Assembly (NCBI GenBank): GCA_964016885.1
Contig: OZ024752.1
Location: forward strand, 35,154,001-35,218,000
Reading direction: 5' to 3'
From: Eledone cirrhosa
Lineage: Eukaryota
DNA length: 64,000 bases
Shown here: positions 52,365-64,000 of the stretch, piece by piece
Layout: each line of letters opens with the position of its first letter
Numbering within the stretch: the first letter of the stretch is position 1
Translations under genes and position numbers: made by a program
Notes under the pieces: generated by a model
Database searches by the model: none
Told to the model about the DNA's origin: nothing
What the model saw: the letters and a program-made list of their open reading frames with translations, nothing else

Positions 52365-52960
52365 ATTGTTTTCTTTTTTGCATCAGGCCAGTGTATTACT
52401 GGTACTTTATTTTATCGACCCTGTAAGGATGAAAGGCAAAGTTAACCTCGGCGGGATTTGAACTCAGAATGGAAAGGGCCGTAACTCTATGCGTCAAAGC
52501 ATGGCGTCCGACCCGCTACTGATACTGCCAATCCACAATAATAATAATTGTTTCTACTTTTGGCACAAGGCCAGCAACTACCCAGTGTATTACTGGTACT
52601 TTATTTTATCGACCCCGTAAGGATGAAAGGCAAAGTTAACCTCGGCGGGATTTGAACTCAGAATGGCAAGGGCCGTAACTCTATGCCTCAAAGCATGGCG
52701 TCCAACCCGCTACCGATACTGCCAATCAACAATAATAATAATATTGATTTCTAGTATAGGCACAAGGCCAGTAATTTGGGAGGAGGAGAAAGTCAATTAA
52801 ATTGACCCCAGAACATTACTGGTACTTTATTTTATCGACCCCCGTAAGGTTGAAAGGCAAAGCTAAACTCGGCGGGATTTAAACTTATATTGTAAAAGGC
52901 CGTAACTCTGTGCTGCAAAGCATGGTGTCCAACACTCTACCGATACTGCCAATCCACCCA
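52365..52960 (-). mobile_element. Three tandem SINE family A copies
   Basis: Head-to-tail copies separated by (AAT)n. Confidence 0.9.
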
Positions 52961-53169
52961 CTTTATGCAAATGAGATAATACAAAATATGATTGTGTGTT
53001 GTGTGGTATCTAATTATAAAAGTGCGTAAACCATACCACCAAGGTTTTAAACAAACAACAATGGTGAGAATGATAATTAATAAGTGTTGGTGCTACAGGA
53101 GAGTATAGCTAGAACATGCCATAGGAGTTAGTGCTGATGTCACATTAAAATACACTCAGTACACTGTAA

Positions 53170-56100
53170 ATTGGTGGTGCTGGTTCCACATAAAATACAC
53201 CCAACACATTCTATAAAGTGGTGGTGCGGGTTCCATGATAAAATACACCCAACACATTCTATAAAGTGGTGGTGCGGGTTCCATGATAAAATACACCCAA
53301 CACATTCTATAAAGTGGTGGTGTGGGTTCCATGATAAAATACACCCAACACATTCTATAAAGTGGTGGTGCTGGTTCCACATAAAATACACCCAACACAT
53401 TCTATAAAGTAGTGGTGCTGGTTCCACATAAAATACACCCAACACATTCTATAAAGTGGTGGTGCTGGTTCCATGATAAAATACACCCAACACATTCTAT
53501 AAAGTGGTGGTGTGGGTTCCATGATAAAATACACCCAACACATTCTATAAAGTGGTGGTGTGGGTTCCATGATAAAATACACCCAACACATTCTATAAAG
53601 TGGTGGTGTGGGTTCCATGATAAAATACACCCAACACATTCTATAAAGTGGTGGTGTGGGTTCCATGATAAAATACACCCAACACATTCTATAAAGTGGT
53701 GGTGTGGGTTCCATGATAAAATACACCCAACACATTCTATAAAGTGGTGGTGTGGGTTCCATGATAAAATACACCCAACACATTCTATAAAGTGGTGGTG
53801 TGGGTTCCATGATAAAATACACCCAACACATTCTATAAAGTGGTGGTGTGGGTTCCATGATAAAATACACCCAACACATTCTATAAAGTGGTGGTGTGGG
53901 TTCCATGATAAAATATACCCAACACATTCTATAAAGTGGTGGTGTGGATTCCATGATAAAATACACCCAACACATTCTATAAAGTGGTGGTGTGGGTTCC
54001 ATGATAAAATACACCCAACACATTCTATAAAGTGGTGGTGTGGGTTCCATGATAAAATACACCCAACACATTCTATAAAGTGGTGGTGTGGGTTCCATGA
54101 TAAAATATACCCAACACATTCTATAAAGTGGTGGTGCTGGTTCTATGATAAAATACACCCAACACATTCTATAAAGTGGTGGTGCTGGTTCTATGATAAA
54201 ATACACCCAACACATTCTATAAAGTGGTGGTGTGGGTTCCATGATAAAATACACCCAACACATTCTATAAAGTGGTGGTGCTGGTTCCATGATAAAATAC
54301 ACCCAACACATTCTATAAAGTGGTGGTGCTGGTTCCACATAAAATACACCCAACACATTCTATAAAGTGGTGGTGCTGGTTCCACATAAAATACACCCAA
54401 CACATTCTATAAAGTGGTGGTGCTGGTTCCACATAAAATACACCCAACACATTCTATAAAGTGGTGGTGCTGGTTCCATGATAAAATACACCCAACACAT
54501 TCTATAAAGTGGTGGTGCTGGTTCCACATAAAATACACCCAACACATTCTATAAAGTGGTGGTGCTGGTTCCACATAAAATACACCCAACATATTCTATA
54601 AAGTGGTGGTGCTGGTTCCACATAAAATACACCCAACATACTCTATAAAGTGGTGGTGCTGGTTGCATGGTAAAATACACCCAACACATTCTATAAAGTG
54701 GTGGTGCTGGTTCTATGATAAAATACACCCAACACATTCTATAAAGTGGTGGTGTGGGTTCTATGATGAAATACACCCAACATATTCTATAAAGTGGTGG
54801 TGTGGGTTCCATGATAAAATACACCCAACACATTCTATAAAGTGGTGGTGCTGGTTGCATGGTAAAATACACCCAACACATTCTATAAAGTGGTGGTGTG
54901 GGTTCCATGATAAAATACACCCAACACATTCTATAAAGTGGTGGTGTGGGTTCCATGATAAAATACACCCAACACATTCTATAAAGTGGTGGTGTGGGTT
55001 CTATGATAAAATACACCCAACACATTCTATAAAGTGGTGGTGTGGGTTCCATGATAAAATATACCCAACACATTCTATAAAGTGGTGGTGCTGGTTCTAT
55101 GATAAAATACACCCAACACATTCTATAAAGTGGTGGTGCTGGTTCTATGATAAAATACACCCAACACATTCTATAAAGTGGTGGTGTGGGTTCCATGATA
55201 AAATACACCCAACACATTCTATAAAGTGGTGGTGCTGGTTCCATGATAAAATACACCCAACACATTCTATAAAGTGGTGGTGCTGGTTCTATGATAAAAT
55301 ACACCCAACACATTCTATAAAGTGGTGGTGCTGGTTCCACATAAAATACACCCAATAACATTCTATAAAGTGGTGGTGCTGGTTCCACATAAAATACACC
55401 CAACACATTCTATAAAGTGGTGGTGCTGGTTCCATGATAAAATACACCCAACACATTCTATAAAGTGGTGGTGCTGGTTCCACATAAAATACACCCAACA
55501 TATTCTATAAAGTGGTGGTGCTGGTTCCACATAAAATACACCCAACATACTCTATAAAGTGGTGGTGCTGGTTGCATGGTAAAATACACCCAACACATTC
55601 TATAAAGTGGTGGTGCTGGTTCTATGATAAAATACACCCAACACATTCTATAAAGTGGTGGTGTGGGTTCTATGATGAAATACACCCAACATATTCTATA
55701 AAGTGGTGGTGTGGGTTCCATGATAAAATACACCCAACACATTCTATAAAGTGGTGGTGCTGGTTGCATGGTAAAATACACCCAACACATTCTATAAAGT
55801 GGTGGTGTGGGTTCCATGATAAAATACACCCAACACATTCTATAAAGTGGTGGTGCTGGTTCCATGATAAAATACACCCAACACATTCTATAAAGTGGTG
55901 GTGCTGGTTGCATGGTAAAATACACCCAACACATTCTATAAAGTGGTGGTGCTGGTTCTATGATAAAATACACCCAACACATTCTATAAAGTGGTGGTGT
56001 GGGTTCCATGATAAAATACACCCAACACATTCTATAAAGTGGTGGTGTGGGTTCTATGATGAAATACACCCAACACATTCTATAAAGTGGTGGTGCTGGT

Positions 56101-56400
56101 TCCACATAAAATACACCCAACACATTCTATAAAGTGGTGGTGCTGGTTCCACATAAAATACACCCAACACATTCTATAAAGTGGTGGTGTGGGTTCCATG
56201 ATAAAATACACCCAACATATTCTATAAAGTGGTGGCGCGGGTTCCATGATAAAATACACCCAACACATTCTATAAAGTGGTGGTGTGGGTTCTATGATGA
56301 AATACACCCAACACATTCTATAAAGTGGTGGTGTGGGTTCCATGATAAAATACACCCAACATACTCTATAAAGTGGTGGTGCTGGTTGCATGGTAAAATG
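53170..56400. repeat. 47/48-bp minisatellite (~67 copies)
   Basis: Unit CCATGATAAAATACACCCAACACATTCTATAAAGTGGTGGTGTGGGTT and a 47-bp CCACATAAAA variant. Confidence 0.98.
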
Positions 56401-57267
56401 CATCCTGGATTTTCAGTGAAGTGGTAGTTCTGGTGCCATGATAAAATGCACCCAGTTGCACACTGTAAAGCAGTAGTACTGAGAAACCATGCCAAAATGG
56501 AATGTATGAGCAAGACATTTATCCTGGATGGAAAAAGGACGTAAAACAATGGGTGATTATGATGGTACATCTCAGTACTTTAAATAGCTTGAAGGATATA
56601 ATAGCTGAGTGATTAATATATTAAGATGCTGGCTTATATTTAATAGGTCTGTATGTTCCCATAACTTCTGAGGGAGTTGTAGGGGTGCCATATTGACATA
56701 CAGCATTTATAGAACATTATTTAAACCTGGCAGAGCCTATCTTCTCTCCAGGTCTGAATACAGTAGATATCTTCCAGAGAAGGAAGAAAGTGAGAGAAAG
56801 GGAGTAAGAAAGAACCATGATCTATATTTATTAGGTCTAACTTCTCTAAAATGCATTACTTCCCTTGACACAATCTTCCAAGCTGAAAAATATGCATGGC
56901 TTCCATATTTCACAATTGATTAAGATTTTTTTTAAATTATAAAAATTAGCAATAAAATTTGATATAAGTATTTGAATTTGTAAAAATATCTCAATCAACA
57001 AAAGCGTGGGCAAGATGATAAGATAAAAATATCACAGAACAACATGTATAAGTCTTAAAAATAATATAAAAACATCACTAATAACTGTAACACTTTGATG
57101 TTACAAGTTCAAAGCCGAATATATAATAGTATATTATGAAGACAGTAGTACCTTTAATTTTACACTTAGCATTTTATATTTTAATACCCTGATGCTAAAC
57201 CTTTTGTCATTACCAAATACCATGGTAATGACTTTATCATTTGTGAAGTAGCAACAATCTTTTTTTT

Positions 57268-58223
57268 TTACATTTTTTTTTCTGCTCCTGACTTGTGAGC
57301 TCCTTTGGACTTTGGAGTCGAAAGAGAAATCTTTGACACTGATTGAGACAGATGTCTTTGATAAAACATTTCTTCGTCTTCATGATTTTTTTTTGGTTTC
57401 AAACAATCTTTATAATCATTGCTTAGACTTTTCTGAATTACAAACTGCAATTTTGGAGATACTTTTTTGTTCTGTTTATCTACATTCTTTTGTTTAGTGT
57501 TGGGAGTAACCGGTTCTTTTTTAATATCCTTCTTCTTTTTTGCACAATGTTCCTGGAAAACTAATTCACCATTTTCAGCATTTTTCTTCCAGTTCATAAA
57601 ACAGTGCTCCTTCTTTAGAGCTTGTATTACCTGATTTTGCTCCCCACCACTTTTGCCTAGTTTTGTATTACAGTCTCTACGAAGAATAGTTTTACTTATG
57701 TTGTTATTAACTTTTGTTTTCACAGCCTTACTGTCATTCACGGTTGGTTTGTTCGTCTGATTTTTCACCTTTTGTTTTTGCTTCGTAGCATTATTAACAT
57801 TTGTCTTATTTCGTTTGTTCATAGAACGTAAGGTAACAACTTTGTAGAAACCTTCTTTGAACTCACAATCATTTTTAGATTTCATAAAAGAATACTCATT
57901 AGCCAGACTGTAATAAAGCTGTTTGTTCTTATTTACTTTATTTTCTTTGCATGGCTTTTGACTCTGCTTCACATTCTGGTTGTTTGTTATTCCATTAGGT
58001 TTACAATCCCGAGTATTTTCTTTGCCACTCTTCAATTCATTGGAATTACGATTATTAATAGTATTATTAGGCTTGCTTTTATTATCTTTTTTCACTTGTT
58101 TATTCAAAAAAGCATAATATATTGCTTCAGCTGAAATTTGAGAAAATTTTGTTTGCAGAATCTTACTGTCTCGTTGTAAAGCGTTGTATAAATCTTGCTT
58201 CCTTTCTGTTATCATGGTGATAT
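57268..58223 (-). CDS. Lys/Asn-rich uncharacterised protein, probable terminal coding exon (ATG at 58215)
   Basis: 948-nt non-repetitive ORF in AT-rich DNA; acceptor TATTACAG 8 nt upstream of the ATG; no domain recognised. Confidence 0.55.
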
Positions 58224-58342
58224 CTGTAATATAATATAATAAAATATATGTTACAATTAATTGGTGTTATAAAAATTAAGTTAAGAAAACATTTAGAAGA
58301 TAAAAGGTATACTTAGAATAAATATTCAGTATTATACACAAC

Positions 58343-58682
58343 CATCATCATCATCATCATTTTACGTCCGCTTTTCCCTGCTTGCAAGGGTGGGACGGGA
58401 ACTGATTCTGGCTTGATTTCTACAGCTGGATGCCCTTCCTAACACCAACCTCATTTACAGTGAGTGCTGGGTGCTTTTTTGCCGTGGCACCTCCACGACC
58501 ACTTTGCAGTGGAATGATAGGGACCCCAGTCCCTATCATCTCATTTCTACAGCTGAGTAAACTGGAGCAATGTGAAATAAAGTGTCTTGCTCAAGGAAAC
58601 AACACATCACCCGGTCTGAGAATTGAACTCACAACCTTTCGATTGCAAGGCCAATGCTCTAACCACTAAGCCATGTGCCTCC
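58343..58682 (-). mobile_element. Composite SINE family B, near-identical to 13729-14062
   Basis: The incidental 79-aa antisense ORFs of the two copies differ at one residue; (ATG)n tail. Confidence 0.9.
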
Positions 58683-58720
58683 ATCTATTTGATAAATCTC
58701 TATTCAGTATTTATAAAACA

Positions 58721-58811
<91 letters not shown>

Positions 58812-59284
58812 GAATGGTCACTATTCTATTTTTACTTCAGCTTTGTTATTAGTTCATCAAAGCTCTTTCGTCATACATTCTGTAACCTCCTCAATGACTA
58901 TTTGTTCTTCTTCTCTGTGTCTTCTTTACTTTATATATGTGTAATTATGTGTGTGTCCATGTCTATTTTTACATTTGTGTATATGTTTATGTTCTACAAC
59001 TTAACAATTTGACAAAACAAAGATTGATAAAACATACTGGGGCCAATATGATTGACTAAATGAAGGTGGTGCCCCAGCATGGCCACAGTCTACTGAAATC
59101 AGTAAAAGAAGAAATTAAATTAAATTAAATTAAATTAAATTAAAAAAAAATTATCAAAAGCCCCATTTATCTCAAGGAACCCCAGAATATTTTTGCAGGA
59201 CCCATTTTTGGAAATACTACCCTAATAAATACTAAAATGAGTCAGAGTATTTTTGTTTGGATATTTTCAGTTACATTCCACAAA

Positions 59285-59508
59285 CTAAAAAAGTCTAAAG
59301 TCTGCCTCGAGCCCCATAGACTCATCCGGCTGGTGCTTATCTCAGGTTTTGTGGTATGAAGCAACTGAGAATACAAGACTCCTCCCCACCCCTGGATAGA
59401 ACACCAGTCCATTGCAGGGTTAATCCCCCAGCTATTGCTGCTGGTACTCATTTTCAGTTGAGTACACTGGAGCAACAAGAAATGAAGTGTTTTGCTCAAG
59501 AACATAAC
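59285..59508 (-). mobile_element. Body and tail of a family-B-type SINE whose head is tandemly amplified
   Basis: Minus strand: GTTCTTGAGCAAAACACTTCATTTCTTGTTGCTCCAGTGTACTCAACTG..., contiguous with the last 87-bp unit. Confidence 0.8.
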
Positions 59509-62500
59509 ACACAATCCAGTCTGAGAATCAAACCCACAACATTATGATCATAAGTCCAACACCCTTACCACTAGGCCACATATGTTCACACAACACCCCA
59601 ATCCAGTCCAGCAATCAAACCCACGACATTATGATCATAAGTCCAACACCCTTACCACTAGGCCACATATGTTCACACAACACCACAATCCATTCCAGGA
59701 ATCAAACCCTTGACATTATGATCGTAAGTCCAACACCCTTACCAGTAGGCCACATATGTTCACACAACACCACAATCCAGTCCAGGAATCAAACCCACAA
59801 TATTATGATCGTAAGTCCAACACCCTTACCACTAGGCCACATATGTTCACACAACACCACAATCCAGTCCAGGAATCAAACCCTTGACATTATGATCGTA
59901 AGTCCAACACCCTTACCACTAGGCCACATATGTTCACACAACACCACAATCCAGTCCAGGAATCAAACCCACAACATTATGATCATAAGTCCAACACCCT
60001 TACCACTAGGCCACATATGTTCACACAACACCACAATCCATTCCAGGAATCAAACCCTTGACATTATGATCGTAAGTCCAACACCCTTACCAGTAGGCCA
60101 CATATGTTCACACAACACCACAATCCAGTCCAGGAATCAAACCCACAACATTATGATCATAAGTCCAACACCCTTACCACTAGGCCACATATGTTCACAC
60201 AACACCACAATCCAGTCCAGGAATCAAACCCTTGACATTATGATCGTAAGTCCAACACCCTTACCAGTAGGCCACATATGTTCACACAACACCACAATCC
60301 AGTCCAGGAATCAAACCCACAACATTATGATCATAAGTCCAACACCCTTACCACTAGGCCACATATGTTCACACAACACCACAATCCAGTCCAGGAATCA
60401 AACCCACGACATTATGATCATAAGTCCAACACCCTTACCACTAGGCCACATATGTTCACACAACACCACAATCCAGTCCAGGAATCAAACCCACAACATT
60501 ATGATCATAAGTCCAACACCCTTACCACTAGGCCACATATGTTCACACAACACCACAATCCAGTCCAGGAATCAAACCCACAACATTATGATCATAAGTC
60601 CAACACCCTTACCAGTAGGCCACATATGTTCACACAACACCACAATCCAGTCCAGGAATCAAACCCACAACATTATGATCATAAGTCCAACACCCTTACC
60701 ACTAGGCCACATATGTTCACACAACACCACAATCCAGTCCAGGAATCAAACCCTTGACATTATGATCGTAAGTCCAACACCCTTACCACTAGGCCACATA
60801 TGTTCACACAACACCACAATCCAGTCCAGGAATCAAACCCACAACATTATGATCATAAGTCCAACACCCTTACCACTAGGCCACATATGTTCACACAACA
60901 CCACAATCCAGTCCAGGAATCAAACCCTTGACATTATGATCGTAAGTCCAACACCCTTACCACTAGGCCACATATGTTCACACAACACCACAATCCAGTC
61001 CAGCAATCAAACCCACAACATTATGATCATAAGTCCAACACCCTTACCACTAGGCCACATATGTTCACACAACACCACAATCCAGTCCAGCAATCAAACC
61101 CACAACATTATGATCGTAAGTCCAACACCCTTACCACTAGGCCACATATGTTCACACAACACCACAATCCAGTCCAGCAATCAAACCCACAACATTATGA
61201 TCATAAGTCCAACACCCTTACCACTAGGCCACATATGTTCACACAACACCACAATCCAGTCCAGGAATCAAACCCTTGACATTATGATCGTAAGTCCAAC
61301 ACCCTTACCACTAGGCCACATATGTTCACACAACACCACAATCCAGTCCAGCAATCAAACCCACAACATTATGATCATAAGTCCAACACCCTTACCACTA
61401 GGCCACATATGTTCACACAACACCACAATCCAGTCCAGGAATCAAACCCTTGACATTATGATCGTAAGTCCAACACCCTTACCACTAGGCCACATATCTT
61501 CACACAACACCACAATCCAGTCCAGGAATTGAACCCACGACATTATGATCATAAGTCCAACACCCTTACCACTAGGCCACATATGTTCACACAACACCAC
61601 AATCCAGTCCAGGAATTGAACCCACAACATTATGATCGTAAGTCCAACACCCTTACCACTAGGCCACATATGTTCACACAACACCACAATCCAGTCCAGG
61701 AATCAAACCCACGACATTATGATCGTAAGTCCAACACCCTTACCACTAGGCCACATATGTTCACACAACACCACAATCCAGTCCAGGAATTGAACCCACA
61801 ACATTATGATCGTAAGTCCAACACCCTTACCACTAGGCCACATATGTTCACACAACACCACAATCCAGTCCAGGAATTGAACCCACAACATTATGATCGT
61901 AAGTCCAACACCCTTACCACTAGGCCACATATGTTCACACAACACCACAATCCAGTCCAGGAATCAAACCCACGACATTATGATCGTAAGTCCAACACCC
62001 TTACCACTAGGCCACATATGTTCACACAACACCACAATCCAGTCCAGGAATCAAACCCACAACATTATGATCATAAGTCCAACACCCTTACCACTAGGCC
62101 ACATATGTTCACACAACACCACAATCCAGTCCAGGAATCAAACCCACAACATTATGATCATAAGTCCAACACCCTTACCACTAGGCCACATATGTTCACA
62201 CAACACCACAATCCAGTCCAGGAATCAAACCCATGACATTATGATCGTAAGTCAAACACCCTTACCACTAGGCCACATATGTTCACACAACACCACAATC
62301 CAGTCCAGGAATCAAACCCACGACATTATGATCATAAGTCCAACACCCTTACCACTAGGCCACATATGTTCACACAACACCACAATCCAGTCCAGGAATT
62401 GAACCCACGACATTATGATCATAAGTCCAACACCCTTACCACTAGGCCACATATGTTCACACAACACCACAATCCAGTCCAGGAATTGAACCCACAACAT

Positions 62501-64000
62501 TATGATCGTAAGTCCAACACCCTTACCACTAGGCCACATATGTTCACACAACACCACAATCCAGTCCAGGAATCAAACCCACAACATTATGATCATAAGT
62601 CCAACACCCTTACCACTAGGCCACATATGTTCACACAACACCACAATCCAGTCCAGGAATCAAACCCATGACATTATGATCGTAAGTCCAACACCCTTAC
62701 CACATGGCCACATATGTTCACACAACACCACAATCCAGTCCAGGAATCAAACCCACGACATTATGATCGTAAGTCCAACACCCTTACCACTAGGCCACAT
62801 ATGTTCACACAACACCACAATCCAGTCCAGGAATCAAACCCATGACATTATGATCGTAAGTCCAACACCCTTACCACTAGGCCACATATGTTCACACAAC
62901 ACCACAATCCAGTCCAGGAATCAAACCCACAATATTATGATCGTAAGTCCAACACCCTTACCACTAGGCCACATATGTTCACACAACACCACAATCCAGT
63001 CCAGGAATTGAACCCACGACATTATGATCATAAGTCCAACACCCTTACCACTAGGCCACATATGTTCACACAACACCACAATCCAGTCCAGGAATCAAAC
63101 CCACGACATTATGATTGTAAGTCCATCACCCTTACCACTAGGCCACATATGTTCACACAACACCACAATCCAGTCCAGGAATTGAACCCACGACATTATG
63201 ATTGTAAGTCCAACACCCTTACCACTAGGCCACATATGTTCACACAACACCACAATCCAGTCCAGGAATCAAACCCACAACATTATGATCATAAGTCCAA
63301 CACCCTTACCACTAGGCCACATATGTTCACACAACACTACAATCCAGTCCAGGAATTGAACCCACGACATTATGATTGTAAGTCCAACACCCTTACCACT
63401 AGGCCACATATGTTCACACAACACCACAATCCAGTCCAGGAATTGAACCCACGACATTATGATTGTAAGTCCAACACCCTTACCACTAGGCCACATATGT
63501 TCACACAACACCACAATCCAGTCCAGGAATCAAACCCACAACATTATGATCATAAGTCCAACACCCTTACCACTAGGCCACATATGTTCACACAACACCA
63601 CAATCCAGTCCAGGAATCAAACCCACGACATTATGATTGTAAGTCCAACACCCTTACCACTAGGCCACATATGTTCACACAACACCACAATCCAGTCCAG
63701 GAATCAAACCCACGACATTATGATTGTAAGTCCATCACCCTTACCACTAGGCCACATATGTTCACACAACACCACAATCCAGTCCAGGAATTGAACCCAC
63801 GACATTATGATTGTAAGTCCAACACCCTTACCACTAGGCCACATATGTTCACACAACACCACAATCCAGTCCAGGAATCAAACCCACAACATTATGATCA
63901 TAAGTCCAACACCCTTACCACTAGGCCACATATGTTCACACAACACTACAATCCAGTCCAGGAATTGAACCCACGACATTATGATTGTAAGTCCAACACC
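59509..64000 (-). repeat. 87-bp satellite made of a tRNA-derived SINE head (>=51 copies, runs off the window)
   Basis: Minus-strand unit TGTTGTGTGAACATATGTGGCCTAGTGGTAAGGGTGTTGGACTTAYGATCATAATGTYGTGGGTTYRATTCCTGGACTGGATTGTGG. Confidence 0.95.

Noticed and set aside
53140-56570. 200-330 aa repeat ORFs on both strands
   Set aside because: 48-bp unit is stop-free in some frames; 47-bp variants shift frame freely, so there is no coding constraint.
59544-63794. 662-aa and other 29-aa-repeat ORFs
   Set aside because: Antisense translation of an 87-bp SINE-head satellite; TGA variants interrupt it freely.
59509-64000. Tandem tRNA gene cluster
   Set aside because: A/B boxes are present but I cannot form acceptor or convincing anticodon stems, there is no terminator, and the array is contiguous with a SINE body.

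Overview
AT-rich, repeat-dense animal genomic DNA. The SINE/LINE/MITE families resemble those of octopus/coleoid cephalopods (inference from repeat motifs only). Genes I can support: (1) a complete six-exon eIF1A gene on the minus strand (CDS 23479->13415, 143 aa) with a non-canonical GC-AG intron; (2) an intact 348-aa mariner-type transposase ORF (minus, 34527-35573) lacking two of its three catalytic aspartates, with no flanking TIRs, entered through a strong splice acceptor and with candidate upstream exons near 46.0-46.3 kb, i.e. a probable domesticated transposase gene; (3) a highly divergent A/B-type cyclin with an intronless CDS (plus, 49742-50548) missing key CDK-contact residues; (4) a Lys/Asn-rich 315-aa orphan terminal exon (minus, 57268-58223); (5) a possible signal-peptide first exon (412-475, minus). 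About a quarter of the window is tandem repeat (11, 47, 98/81, 47/48 and 87 bp units). Three arrays visibly grew out of parts of resident retroelements, including a >50-copy array of a tRNA-derived SINE head carrying Pol III A and B boxes. The rest is SINEs, RTE/CR1/CRE/Penelope relics, TTAA (piggyBac-like) and TA (Tc1/mariner) MITEs, long inverted repeats and microsatellites. All calls were made by eye, with no database searches; repeat boundaries are approximate.
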